A stretch of DNA of 64,000 nucleotides from Felis catus (lineage: Eukaryota), in contig NC_058383.1 in NCBI RefSeq assembly GCF_018350175.1, forward strand, positions 30,444,001 through 30,508,000, written 5' to 3'. A program made the translations under genes and the position numbers. Below are positions 1-12,749 of the stretch, one piece after another (within the stretch, counting starts at the first letter, position 1; every line of letters starts with the position of its first letter). Below the pieces are notes generated by a model that worked only from the letters and a program-made list of their open reading frames with translations, did not search any database and was not told the origin of the DNA.

Positions 1-43
1 TCTCTCTCTCAAAGTAAATAAATAAACTTAAAAATATTTAAAA
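1..43 (+). mobile_element. 3' tail of a Can-SINE cut by the window edge
   Basis: (CT)n followed by aaagtaaataaataaac A-rich tail. Confidence 0.75.
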
Positions 44-45
44 GA

Positions 46-257
46 GGGGCGCCTGGGTGGCACAGTCGGTTAAGCGTCCGACTTCAGCCAGGTCACGATC
101 TCGCGGTCCGTGAGTTCGAGCCCCGCGTCAGGCTCTGGGCTGATGGCTCGGAGCCTGGAGCCTGTTTCCGATTCTGTGTCTCCCTCTCTCTCTGCCCCTC
201 CCCCGTTCATGCTCTGTCTCTCTCTGTCCCAAAAATAAATAAACGTAATAAAAAAAA
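46..257 (+). mobile_element. Young felid Can-SINE (SINEC_Fc-like) inserted in the tail of the previous SINE
   Basis: ggggcgcctgggtggc head, B-box gagttcgagccc, CT tract, aataaa tail; flanking repeat atatttaaaaga on both sides. Confidence 0.95.
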
Positions 258-289
258 TATATTTAAAAGATGTGTAAATAATCCTGTGC

Positions 290-1400
290 AATAAGAATTA
301 GAGATAGGTAGGCTGCAGGGCACCAGTGGGGTTTGAAGGAAGGAGAGGCCAGGTCTCTGAAGGGGCGTAAGAAACAGCTACAGAGAAGATATGCATGAGC
401 AAAGGGCTGGAGTTTCAGTGGGTAGATCAGTGTGAGTGGGGAAGAGCTGAGAGTGGGGAAGCATCCAGAGGGGGGCAAGTCAAGATGATGGGCCCTAGTG
501 CCATATTTAAAAGCTTGGGCTCCCACCCTAAAGCAATGTAAGGATTTCAAAGTTTTGAGCCATGAAGACGTATGATGTTATTGGGATAGATCCCTCTGGC
601 AGCAGTGGGGATATAAATTGGAAGGAGGCAAGAACAAAGACAGGGAGACCCATATGGTGGCCACAGCAGTACATACAGGCCAGAGCTACAGAGCACTTCT
701 GCTGGGCAGGTGGAAAACAAGAGATATGCCAGATGTGGGACCCCACTGGACTGGAGACCTGTTGGGTGCAGGGGGTACGGGAAGAGGGCAGAGCCTAGGG
801 TGAGCCTCCCTCCTCTGGTTTGGAGAACCAGGTAGTGGGAAGAGCCACCTGCTGAGATCCCTCACGCAGGAGGATGGGCTGGTCTGTAGCAAAGAGGATG
901 AATTTCCCTTCGGACGTCTAATCAAGAATACATCGGGCTGCATGAGTCTAGATCTCAAGAGGGACTTCAGGGTGGAAGACAGACATTCTCCAAGGGCAAG
1001 AACTGGATCTGTGCTGTTCATCACATTCTCTCCAGCATCTAGAAGGGCGTGGCCCATGAACAGTTCTCCGTGGGTCCCCGTTGATTGAATGGCAGAATGA
1101 AGCCAGGTAGTGCTCAGTGGTGTGGACAGGATCCTGAGACAGCAGGTGTGCAGAAGGCATGGAAGGTGAGAAAAAAGAGAGCTAAAGACATCTGCAGATT
1201 GGGACAGGTGGGAGAAGGGTAGCCCGAGCTGTGTGGGCTGGGTGGTGGAAGGAAGGGAAGCAGAGGAGAAAGTGGAGCGTGAAAAGCAAGGGAGGGGTGA
1301 GTTTCAAAGATCAGAGAGCGGCCAGTGGAGGTGCCTCAGATATGGTGATGGGTGCCTACGTCCCCCTAATGAAGGCAGGTTCTTGATCCCTTCACCAAGG
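290..1400 (-). mobile_element. Degenerate L2 LINE remnant(s)
   Basis: Purine-rich sequence resembling antisense L2 3' body; boundaries approximate. Confidence 0.5.
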
Positions 1401-2039
1401 GTCTCCTACCACTCATTTCCTCATTTCTTCCCTCCTGTGTGCACCCCACAAGTATTCACGGAACAGCTCTCACAAACCAGGCAATGTGCAAGGGGCTGGC
1501 AATACAATAATGGACAAGACAGATAAAAATGATGAATGAATAAATGAATGAATGAACGAACGAATGAATCAAGTCCCCTAGTGACTTACAAAGTCCTTGA
1601 GGACAGAACTCTGAGTCATGCTTCACTGGCATCGTCTCTGCCCTCAGCCACAAGTTGGAAAGACAGAGAAAGTGCTCGATAAATATTGACCCAGTGTCAC
1701 GGGCTGACTGTGATGTTGATAGGTAACAGGGAGCGAGAACTTTCTCCTCCCCCCACCCCCACCCCCACCCGCACCAGACTCTCTGTCACTGCTGATGGCT
1801 TGTGGTTTGACCTCTCCCATTCTAGGCTGAGAAAACAAGCCAGAGGACAGGTGCTCAGACCAGACACACCCACCAGGCTGCTGAGGTCACTCTCGCCCCT
1901 TCCTTTGGGGGAGGAAGGAAAGAGTCTGGCAGGTTTATTTTCCTTTCCTTCCAATGATGCAAATGCTCAAATGTGAGTCTCTTCTTCACACAGATGATAT
2001 GCTAGCTAATAAAAGCTCGTCTGAAATCAGTCTCTCAGA

Positions 2040-2064
2040 GTGTGTGTGTGTGTGTGTGTGTGTG
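2040..2064. repeat. (GT)n microsatellite
   Basis: About 12 perfect GT units. Confidence 0.95.
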
Positions 2065-2579
2065 GCTTCACTGCCCATCTGCATCCTGAGTTGCAGGGAG
2101 ACATATGCCTTTGTGGGTGACTTTACAATCTAAAAGGACTCCAGCATTCTGCGCTCAGCTCTCTGAAATAAGAGCCTCCCACTGCTTCAGACCTTCCCCT
2201 GCTCATAAGCCGAGGTCACCCAAGAGCCACCATGTGGCAGCAATGCTTTTCCAAACAGGCTGCGGTCCCTGGAATGCTGATGCCCAAGACGCTAAGTGTC
2301 TGCCTGCATTGAGCACCTGCTCTTTGTCCCTGCCAGCATCCTCTCCCCCTTCTTCTGGTAACAGCTCCTCCCCTCCCCCACTCTCCAGCCATGTGGTCTG
2401 TGTCTAGTCTCAGGGGCTGGCACGTGTCCCAGGCCAGGCCAATCAAGAGGTCCCGCTGGCCCGAGTGATGGACATAGGGATGAGAAAGTATCATATCTGT
2501 CCTGCAAAAGTCAGTCCCAGGACCCTTATGAATGGCATCTCTGAGATCCACTGAGCAGGAAGAGCTATCTTTCTAGGAG

Positions 2580-2760
2580 AGGGAAAGACCGGGATTTCAA
2601 TTCCACCTCTGCCACCACTTACGAGCTGTGTGCCCTTGGGAAAATGACTTAACTTCCCTGAGCCTCATTTTCCTCACTGGCACAACAGGCATGCCCCCCC
2701 AGGGTGCGAGCATGGTGCAAGAGGGCCTGGTGCACAGTAGGTGCTTCATAAGTGCTGGCT
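2580..2760 (+). mobile_element. MIR SINE
   Basis: gagctgtgtgcccttgggaaaatgacttaacttccctgagcctcattttcctca MIR core; cctggtgcacagtaggtgct end. Confidence 0.8.
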
Positions 2761-2829
2761 GTCCTTCGCCCACACTCCCAGCCTCCTCTCCCTCGATGCT
2801 TCCTTAGCAGCTGATCTCATCTGTCCTGC

Positions 2830-3400
2830 AGCCCTTCCAAAACTCCCAAATTTAAATCTCCAGCACTGATCTCTCTTCTGAACTCCAGATTCATTTATCC
2901 AACAGCTGACGTGGCATCTGTGACTGGCTGTCTCACAAGCGTCCCGGATTCAGTGCCTCAGATCAAGCTAGCAAGCCACCCTTTGCCCACCAACTCCACA
3001 AACTAGTCACCTTTGCCTCAGGAACGGTACTTCCATTGGTCTCAACGGCCCAACCTAGAGATCTAGGAAGCATCCTCAACAACTCTCTCCCACCCTCATC
3101 CATGAACCATCAAAAGGGTCGTGTCCAATTGTATCTCCTGTATATTTCTTGAATCTATCCCCAGTCAACACCTCCCCCACCCCACACTAGGCTCAATCAC
3201 CATCATCTGCCACCTGAATGACTCTGCCAATCTGCTCTAGACCAAGCATCTAGCGATCTCTCCATAAAATGTAAATCTGGTCAAGTCAGTCCACTACTTC
3301 AAGTCTTCCAGTGGCTTCCTGGGGCTCTGAGAAGAAGACCAAAATCCTCACCTTAGGACCCTTCCCCAAAAGCAGCAACTCGGCCAGCCCAACCCTCCAG
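2830..3400 (+). mobile_element. L2 LINE remnant
   Basis: ctctcttctgaactccagattcatttatccaacagctga, typical of L2 3' body. Confidence 0.7.
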
Positions 3401-4042
3401 CCTCGCTGTTGACCATGTCTTTGGCCCTGACTTTGGAGATACTTAACATGCTGACCGGTCCATCAAGCAACCCGATTTCCAGCTCCTGAATTACCACAGG
3501 CTTCCTGCTGAACCTTGACTGCGTAACATCGCTCCTCTGGGTTTCCTTAAAATGGACAAGTTGGGCCCCAGGTTTCCTTCCAGAACTGTCAAAAGGTAGG
3601 CTCCTTCCTACACCTCGTTTGAGGCAGGCTTAAGGAAGAGATCCACAGTCCCCCTTCTCAGACAACTTCTGAGCACTTATTAAGCAGAATGCTCAGAATA
3701 TGCAAAGTATCCCCACGCTGTCCTCCCCTCCCTGCTTTATTTCCCACCACAGCCCAACACGCTGTCCTCCCAGGACACCTCTGGAACAGAAATCATAAAG
3801 AATGCGTGGCCAGCGCCCTGCATATCCAACACCCACTCATTATTCCTGCCGCACAGAATATTATGGATATTATAACTTGTGATTATTATTTGTTGTCGTG
3901 AGCGGTGTTTACAGGTTGCTTTCATGCCCCCTGCCTTAGAACAGAGAGAATTTTCCTTGCCGTCAGAGCAGATCGGGTCTTCGCGTATGGCCAAGACAAC
4001 TAATTCTTGGAAACACACCAGCGTTTGAAGTCTGGAAACCCA

Positions 4043-4278
4043 GGGCGCCTGAGTGGCTCAGCAGCTTAAGCGTCTGACTCTTGATCGCAGCTCAGGTCAT
4101 GATTTCACTGTTCGTAAGACTGAGCCCCACATTGGACCCTGGGCTGACAGGGTGGAGCCTGCTTAAGATTCTCTCTCCCTCTCTCTGCCCCTTTCCGGCT
4201 CGTGCGTATGCATGCACTTTATCTCTCTCTCCCTCCCTCTCTCTCTCTCCCAAAATAAATAAATAAACATAAAAAAAA
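4043..4278 (+). mobile_element. Can-SINE
   Basis: tRNA-like head, CT tract, A tail; degenerate TSD aagtctggaaaccca/aagtgtggaatccca. Confidence 0.93.
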
Positions 4279-5505
4279 GTGTGGAATCCCATCAAGCTTA
4301 GAGTGACCTCTTAGGTTGTGGACAGAGAGGTGCCAGTCTAAATCTGCATTTGGCCATTTTCTCACTTATGGAGTCTGGAACAAAATGGGTCACATTCTTC
4401 TCAGGTCTGAAAGCCCCTCCTTGTTCCCCTAGGACTTGGGGCTAAAGTCCCAAGTCACCCACTTGGTGCATGAGGCCATGCAGGATCCGGCCACAAGCTA
4501 CCACCCTACTCTCAGCTTGCACCACCCTGTCCAATTCTTGATCTGCTTCAACCACCCTGGCCTTCTTGCTCTTTCCCACTTCCAAGTTTTTGCACATGCT
4601 GTTCCCTCTACCTGGAATGTGCTCGCCCCCTTGCCAAGACCAACTATTTCTTCAGATTTCAGCTCAATAGTATTCTCTTACGGTGCTTTGCTTATGGCCT
4701 CTTCATGTCCAAGGCTCGGTCCAGTGTCCTTCTTAGATAAACTCACAGCGCCCTCTAATTGGACTTGTGCAGCACCCATCACCACTGTCATAAGGTGTGT
4801 GGCCCAGAATGCGTTTCGGAGCCTCCCTTCCTACTGGACAGTAAATTCTATGAACACAGGAGCCAGCTGACTGTCACAGTGCCTGGTACATCTCTTTTTA
4901 TCAACCAAATGAACGACTGCTTGAGCAATTCAGCCTCTGCCTTTCCACAGTGAGGATAATCATGACCTCCTCCTAGGACGGTTGCATAGGGAAGCAGTGA
5001 AACTCTGCATGCTATCATCATGCCTGGCCCATGGGAAAGGTTGCATGAAAGGTCACACGTCAAGGATATGGAGCATGGTGTTTCCAAACCTGGTTTTTCC
5101 ACTTAGCAGCTGTGTGACGATGAACACATGACCCCTCTCTGGTCACCCAGAGCTGTTACAAGGGATTAAATGAAATCTTGTATGTAGAGGTCCTGGCATA
5201 TAATAGGCACATGATAAAAGAGAAATGCTACTACCCTAGGTAAAAGGGTCAGGGTTTTCCATCACAGGGAGCTTTACAAAGTACTGACAACCAGGCCCCA
5301 TTCCAGACCAATTAAATCCATTTATCTGGGGGAGGGTCCTGGGCATTGGCGCTTTCCCCCAAATTTTTCTTAGGAAAAATTTGAAGCATACACAACGTTT
5401 GAAAAATTTTGTTTTTCATTTGAAAGATTTTTACAGTGAACCCTCATTACCCACAACTTGACTTCTACATTTAACATTTTACTATTCTTGCTTTCTTGTA
5501 TATTT

Positions 5506-5666
5506 ATTCATCCATACATCCATCCTTCCACCTACCCATCCCTCTTTCCATCCTTCCTTCCATCTGTCTAACCATCCTTCCTTCCTTACATTCTTCCCTC
5601 CTTCCTTCCTTCCATCCTTCCTTGCATTCATCCATCCATCCATCCATCCATCCATCCCTTTATCCA
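5506..5666. repeat. Compound (CCAT)n/(CCTT)n microsatellite
   Basis: Imperfect tetranucleotide array read directly. Confidence 0.9.
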
Positions 5667-5891
5667 CCCGTCACTCCATACTACTTTTTATGAATTTCAG
5701 AGTAAATTTCAGACATCAGAGTATTTCCCCCTAAATATGTTGGCATGCCTAACATGTCATTAACTGAAGTTCAATATCTGTTTATGCTTTTATCTTTTGA
5801 GATAATATTTATTTAGAATGTAACCCACAAATCTGCCACATACTATTTTATGGATTTAACACTGCCTATTCCTATGCATATTCCCAATCTC

Positions 5892-6115
5892 AACGTTTAT
5901 TTATTTATTTTTTATTTTTTTTTTGGGGGGGGGACAGAGACAGACAGAGCATGAACGGGGGAGGGGCAGAGAGAGAGGGAAACACAGAATCGGAAACAGG
6001 CTCCAGGCTCTGAGCCATCAGCCCAGAGCCCGACGCGGAGCTCGAACTCCCGGACCGCGAGATCGTGACCTAGCTGAAGTCAGACGCTTAACCGACTGCG
6101 CCACCCAGGCGCCCC
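5892..6115 (-). mobile_element. Young felid Can-SINE with 17-bp TSD
   Basis: Antisense SINE; tgcatattcccaatctc at 5875-5891 and 6116-6132. Confidence 0.95.
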
Positions 6116-6459
6116 TGCATATTCCCAATCTCTATCAAGATATGATACATTGCCCCAGAATGTTCCTCCATACCACTCCTCAGTCAATCCACACCTCCCT
6201 TCCCCAGAATCAACCACTGTTTGATTTCTTTCTCTTTTACATCGGGGCATTACAATCTTAAATACTCTCGAGGAGATTCTTTGTGCAGCCAAGATTCAGA
6301 ACCAAAGGCTTAGGTAAATACATCCACCCTAGGGATCTCAGGAAAGGGGAGAAAACTCAGGAACAGCAGAAAGACCTTCTGACACCTAGTCAGTGGGCCT
6401 CAGGGATTGGCCCACTAGAAGAGCTAACACAAAGGACAGCATTAAGTGATGATTCCATT

Positions 6460-6700
6460 TACTCAATACTCAGGAGCATACAAAACTAGTCTATGGCGAG
6501 ACAAATCGGAATAGTGGTTTCCTCTAGGGGATGGGCGGGCTGAATGAGAAGGGGCATGAGGGAATTTTGAGGGTGAGGGATGGGCTCCTCATCTCGACTG
6601 GGGACTTGGTTACAAGAGTTAATGCAGCTGTCAGAACTCACCGAACTGTTCACCTAAGCTATGTGCAGCTCACTGTATGTAAATCACACTGCCTAAAACA
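6460..6700 (+). mobile_element. Old L1 (L1MC/ME-type) 3' UTR fragment
   Basis: aaaactagtctatgg...gaatagtggtttcctctagggg...tcagaactcaccgaactgt...cactgtatgtaaat. Confidence 0.7.
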
Positions 6701-7289
6701 AATTCTAGGCTAAGGATCTGGTGACTGGAGGGCTGCAAACGCCAATTACAGGCATGCTGAGCGGCATTATCCCCAGAGAGCTCAGCACTGGGCACCTTAT
6801 AGAAAAGCTAATTTGAGCAGTCGCCTTTTCCAAATTTTCTTAGCCACAAAACTTTTTATTTTTTTCAAAATGAAAATATTATTTGGCATTCCACAATCAC
6901 AGACCCAAAGGAAGCTTTTCTGTTGCAAGCAGAGATAGGCAATGTAAAGTCCTTCATAAGGTCCCACCCTCAGGACCTCCCTTTTCACCTCCAAGGCCCC
7001 TGAGACACGTCGAAAGATGCTAAGGGATCCCAGGTTTAGAACCACGGATCCAAGGGAATTCGCAGGGCTGCTGAGTACAGTTGCACAGAACACAGGCACA
7101 CCTCCAGACTATGATGTGAATAGCATAGCTTGAGGTCTTAGTTGTGGCAGCCGTGGGCGCCATGCCGGTAACCGAAGCAAGTCAAGGAGGCCTGGAAAAG
7201 ATGACAAATGGCAACCAGCCCTCAGCCAGAATACCAGGCTCAGGAGGGTGTGGTGGGGCTTGTGGCAAATGGGAGAACCCGACCCCCTT

Positions 7290-7530
7290 AAAATGGGACG
7301 GCAGCTACTCACCTCCAACTGACGGTTGCTATGTGGGAAAATGCGCTCAGCGCTGCCAGATCTGAATTTTTTCAAGAGAGCCAAAAATCTGCATTTTATA
7401 TGCAGCTTCCCAGTTTCTAAATGCTGGGGATAAAATTGATTTAAAAAAAAAAAAACCCACGGTGCAGCCCAAATCAAACATATCTGCCAGACAACTCCAG
7501 AGCCTTCCTGGTCACCAGTTTGCAACTTTG
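7290..7530 (-). mobile_element. hAT-Charlie MITE, MER103C-like
   Basis: Minus strand reads gttgcaaactgg...gcagatatgtttgatttggg...ctctcttgaaaaaattcagatctggca, as in the recalled consensus. Confidence 0.65.
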
Positions 7531-7907
7531 GGCGGAAGACTTTAATCAAAAATCATCTGCGTTCTTGGCAACAAACGAGAAGAGGCAGGTGCACGTTATC
7601 CCATTGCGTCCTGGATACATTTAGGAATTTTCGCTGTCTGCCTTCTGAGAGGCAGGAGATTTTAGTCACACCTTCCTGCAATTTCCAGGGAATTATGTAA
7701 TTGGCATTACCAGAGACATGAGCACCAAACTCAAGTCTGGAAGCACCATGAGTGCCATGGGTACTGCTTCCTGTATGTCTATCCATCCCTTGGCCAGTGA
7801 CACACCTGAGTGACAGCCACTGGGAAGGCAGGAATTACAAGACTGTGGTTACACAGATCCCAGGCTCAAGCAGCTGAGCGAAGGTACCACTTAAACGAAT
7901 ACACATA

Positions 7908-8059
7908 GGGTGCCTGGGTGGCTCCGTCGGTTAAGCATCAGACTTAGGCTCAGGTCATGATCTTGCAATTTGTGAGTTTGAGCCCCGCATCAGGCTCTGT
8001 GCTGACAGCTCAAATCCTGTTTTGGCTTCTGTGTCTCCCTCTCTCTCTGCCCCTCCCCT

Positions 8060-8109
<50 letters not shown>

Positions 8110-8140
8110 AAAAATAAATAAACGTTAAAAAATTTTTTTT
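7908..8140 (+). mobile_element. Can-SINE with long (CT)n
   Basis: Head, CT tract, aaaataaataaacgtt tail. Confidence 0.93.
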
Positions 8141-8156
8141 AATGAATAAACATGAT

Positions 8157-8355
8157 GGGAGCACTTGGGTGACTCAGTCAGTTAAGCATCTGACTTCAAT
8201 TCAGGTCATGATCTTGTGGTGCCTGAGTTCCAGCCCCACATTGGGCTCTGTGCTTTGAATCCTCTGTCCCCCTCACTCTGCCCCTCCCTGACTCATGCAC
8301 ACACGCACATGCTCTCTCTCTCTCTCAAAAATAAATATAAAAAAATAAAACAAAT
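8157..8355 (+). mobile_element. Can-SINE in tandem with the previous copy
   Basis: gggagcacttgggtgactcagtc head, CT tract, A tail. Confidence 0.9.
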
Positions 8356-8670
8356 TAATAAACACAATTAAATGCCTAATTAAAAATGCTTATTAGGTCA
8401 TCTAATGGTAGACTTTTGTCTATAAATAAACAAACAAACAAACAAATAAGTAAATAAAAAGGAATGCAAACATCTTCTCTTAAAGCTGATTACTTTGAGA
8501 AATCCTTGGAGGCTTAGGAGTTCTGGTGGTGGGAAGGTGGAAGCCGAGTGAAGGAGCAGTCAAGCGCAGGATTAAATTTGGAAATCGAGCACATTGTTGT
8601 TGCTGGGCTGAACACCAGGTGAAGATTCGCAAGACCCTCGTGTTTGCATTCGAGGTACCTCTCCGCAGTC

Positions 8671-8862
8671 CAGTGTTTCTCAAACTATGGTCCACAGACT
8701 CTCGACCAGAGAATCACCTGGGGAGATTTCTTAAAAATTCAATAACCCGGATCCTAGCCAATGCCTGATGAGTTGGAATCTCCATGGGTGCGGCCAAGAC
8801 ACCTGCTTTCTCAGCAAGCATCATTAAGAGATTTGGGCACACACCAACGTTCAAGAAACACT
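8671..8862. mobile_element. MER5A-like hAT-Charlie MITE
   Basis: Terminal inverted repeats cagtgtttctcaaact / gttcaagaaacactg; internal agaatcacctgggg. Confidence 0.8.
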
Positions 8863-8949
8863 GGCCCAAATGATCTTACCCACTCCCGTGCCTTTGAGCA
8901 TTGTTTAGAAGCTGACCGAGAAAAAGGAAAAGAAAAGTCTATCTTTAAC

Positions 8950-10370
8950 CCAAAACCCTCTTGCGAGCCCAAGACACGTTTGTCCATCTACAGACTTGAT
9001 ATCTCTACCTGGGCACCTGATGGTTATCTCAGATTACCAATAACAAAACGGAACCCTTGACCTTCCTAGTAAATGGCTCCACCATCCTCCAGCTGCCTAT
9101 ACCAGAAACGCAGGCATCAACCTTGACACCACTGTGTTCCTCACCCTGACATCACATCCCTGCCCGTGATCACATCCGTTCCACCTCTGTAAGGTTCAGT
9201 TTTTGCTCTAGTAACAAACGACTCCAAACTCTTAGGGGTCGGAGACCACAGGGAGTCAACAGGAGGTCTGCCTGACTCTGCTGGGCTTCTTCTCAAGATG
9301 CAGGGCAAGGGCAGGACCATATCACACATCCCCTCATCCCAGAACGAGGGTGATGGAGCACCACCACGACCAGCAATCAGGCTTGACGATCTCATAGCAA
9401 ATCAAGAGAACACAAGAGCTTGGTACACACGTCCAAGTCCTCGCAGGGTTTCTTCTCAGATCATACAGTCAGTTCTGCTCATATTCCACTCACAAAACCA
9501 TGACATGCAGCCAAGCCCAGGATCAGTGGTTGAGGAAGTACCGTCTTCCAATGGCGGGGGGAAAGTGTAGCCAGTGATGCAGTCCTCGATGACCTCCAAA
9601 ACCTATCCTGAATCCATGTACTTCTTCCATGGCTGCTGCCCCCACCCTGGGCCGAGTCACTGTCATTTCTCAACTGGGTGTCACAGAGGCTTGCAATCGC
9701 CTGCTTTCTACAGCCCCTCCAATCTGTTTTTCACACAGGAGCCAGCATTTCCAGCTACACATTGATCAGCTCATGGGGAATGTTCTGATGGCTTCCCACT
9801 GCACTCCAGAAAAGTCCAAATACCCTATCCTGACCTCTAGGGCACTGACTATTTCTCTAGCTAAAAATCTCTAGCTATTTTTAGCCTGGGGTACAGGGCT
9901 TCATTTCTTCCCTTTTCCGCCCTCACTCATGCTACAGCCACACGGGCCTGCCTTCAGGCCCCCTACTTGGCTAACCTCTTGTCCGTTTCCTAGTCATTCC
10001 CTCCTCCAGGAACCCCCCCCCCCCCCGCCCACCACCACCATTCTCCTTGGTGTCTGAGCCTTCTCCTACTCACCTTGCAGATCTCAGCTTAACATATCTT
10101 GCTCAGAAAGGCAAGGGGTTGCCCGGGCTAAACAGGCTCCTCAGACTAGTTCCTTAAATAACCTACATTTGTTATGAACTGAAATGAAATGATCAGAAGT
10201 TGAAAACTTCAAAGTGGGGAAGTGTCGGCTTGATGTCCGCCTCTCCACTACGTGGTAAACTCCATGAAGTAAAGGGGCTGTATCGACTCACCCCACCAAG
10301 TCATGAGTGCTGGACACAGCACACAGAGCAGGTGCTTGATAAGTGGTTCTTGAATGAACACCAAGCCTGC
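8950..10370 (+). mobile_element. Fragmented L2, probably interrupted by a MaLR LTR remnant at about 9190-9555
   Basis: cttgatatctctacctggg L2 motif; 3' end gcaggtgcttgataagtggttcttgaatgaa. Confidence 0.55.
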
Positions 10371-11636
10371 AGGTACTTTCTAGATTGTTTTATTTCATCA
10401 CCATGCCTGATCTAGGTATATTAATCCCAGGAAACGGAAGTGCAGAAAGGCAGAGAAATGGGCCTAACGTCCTATCACTAGGAAAAACCAGACTGAGACA
10501 CAGACCCAGTTATGTCCATTTCCAGGGTCCACACAATTAACTGTTGTGCTTTGTCTGTTGCTTCCTCGAGCGGCACCCCAAAAGTAATTTTTCAGGACCA
10601 GAGACAGCCGGCCATGCCCCTGTTCTTTGCCACCTAACTCAGCCTCAAAGACAAGAAGAAAGTTCGTTCGTTTCTTCTTCAGAAACCACAACTGGGGGTA
10701 GACACAGTGGGAGGCTCCCGGAGGGACTGAGGCTACCCCATTCTCCTCTCCACCCCATCCCCGCCATAAAACATGTCATCTCTTTCAGAGAAAGAGCTAT
10801 AAATACATACAGACAAAAATGAATTCCTTAAGAATCCAAGACGAGGAAAATGTCACTGGCAGTGCGTGCAGAAGGGCCAAACGGATGACACAAGAAGTGT
10901 GATGTCATCTTTCTGGGCTTCGGTTTTCCCAGTTGTGAAATGGGAGGAAACGACTAGCACTTACGTGGTAGAGATGTGGAGGAAAACCACAGAGATGAAA
11001 CGTGTGAAGGGCTCAGTTCCGCCCCGTGTGCGATGTGCACGCGGTAAATGTTTACTGCCCCTGGAAAGCGTGCCCTTGGCAAAATGCACACCACCACCTG
11101 TCATGTCCCAGACCAACAATGACAGGGGAAGTGGATTCTACAGTTACAACAGCAAAGAAGAAAATTCCATGCTAACATTGTGAGACACAACCTTTTACTG
11201 TGGCTGAAATCGCACGGGTCTCCGAAACAGAGAAACTGGCATCGAGACCAGAGTCTGGGTCTTATCATGTGACCTTGGGCCACGTTTTCCCATCCGTGAG
11301 CGAGGCTCGGGGTTCTTGTGTGAAGTCAAGGATGTTAGTAACACTATTCTTCAAACTTTCCATTCTTTTACAACTTTTGCAGTATTTACTATAAAGTACC
11401 TTCATACTACCCATATCACCCACTTAATAATATATTCTGTTTATCCGAAAAATGTCTGTTGAGCCCTGATACGTGCCAGACAGTTCTGAGTACTGAGCAC
11501 TGCTCCAGATGACTTTTGTTTTTTTACCTAATTATACCACTTTACCTTCTCCTGAGCACTGATATCCGTGAACACATGGGCTCAACGAGCTAATTAGAGA
11601 TATTTTCTCTAGAGTACATTAAAATAAATGTGTAAC

Positions 11637-11830
11637 GGGGAGCCTGGGTGGCTCGGTCGGCTGTGTGTGTCCAACTCTTGATTTCAGCTCAGGTCATGAT
11701 CTCAGGATCATGGGATTGAGCCCAGTACGAAGCCTGCTTAAGATTCTTTCTCTCTTTCCCCTTCCAACCCTTCCCTGTTCTCAATCTCTCTAAAATAACA
11801 AAACAAAACAAAACAAACAAACAAAAAAAC
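11637..11830 (+). mobile_element. Can-SINE with (CAAAA)n tail
   Basis: Head and CT region; outer TSD aataaatgt(gt)aacg encloses this and the next SINE. Confidence 0.88.
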
Positions 11831-11831
11831 A

Positions 11832-12070
11832 GGGGCACCTGGGCGGCTCAGTCAGCTAAGCATCCAACTTCGACTCAAGTCATGATTTCACGGTCTGTGA
11901 GTTCAAGCCCCGCGTCGGGCTCTGGGCTGACAGCTCAGAGCCTGGAGCCTGCTTCAGATTCTATGTCTCCCTATCTCTCTGCCCCTCTCTCACTCGTGCT
12001 CTGTCTCTCTCTCTTTCTCTCAAAAACAAATAACCATTTTTAAAAAAATTTTTAAAAACACAAATAAAAA
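11832..12070 (+). mobile_element. Can-SINE nested in the tail of the previous copy
   Basis: ggggcacctgggcggctcagtc head, CT tract, tail. Confidence 0.93.
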
Positions 12071-12749
12071 TAATAAATGTAACGATTAGAAGGGTCCATC
12101 AATATCCATCTATAAAATCTCAGGTGCCCCCAGTGATACAAGGTGGATGCTTCTGGACACCTGGGCTCGGTAAAGAGCTGAGTTCCGTGCAATTCTCCCA
12201 AATGCGCCGTTCTGAACGCCTCTGGAGGGAGGAATGACACAGCTTACCTTCCTCTCCTCCAGCCCACTCTGATGGAGCGACGAACAGAGTGACGTTAATT
12301 GAGGAATTACTCCACAATTACAAGAACTTTTCTTCCGAGCCGGAGACTCGGGCTCTGTCACTCTGAGAACATGCTTAAATGTCCTCGTTCTGTTTTCAAT
12401 TCACACTTGAAACTTCAGGCCCCTTCATCTCCTTCTCTCCAGTTCAATAGGAGGTTAGTTTACACCCAGGCAAAGACGTTTTCATCTTCAAAGAATATTG
12501 CCAACTTCCAAAGACTTCTCTATATCTGACAGGAGAAAATCTCCAGAAAACCCATCATCATCCTATTAGATGGTTCTTACCAAACAATATTTAATAAGTT
12601 ATGCATAAGGAGCCAAACACATTATGTTCTGAGTTGCCTTTGAAATCCAAAAAAAAAAGGTTTCAAAAGGAACACTTTCCCACCAATTAAAAGCCCCTAA
12701 AACTTGAGTAGGAAAAAAAGGCGGGGGGGGGGGGGGGGCACTAAGGACA

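Larger units (their letters stand above)
5360..6240 (-). mobile_element. Old L1 (L1M-type) 3' remnant interrupted by a microsatellite and a SINE
   Basis: aaaatttgaagcatacacaa...tacagtgaacc motif; cccagaatgttcctccatacc after the SINE. Confidence 0.55.

Noticed and set aside
7553..7786. Minus-strand ORF as a coding exon
   Set aside because: No recognisable homology, no convincing donor site, and it abuts a MITE.
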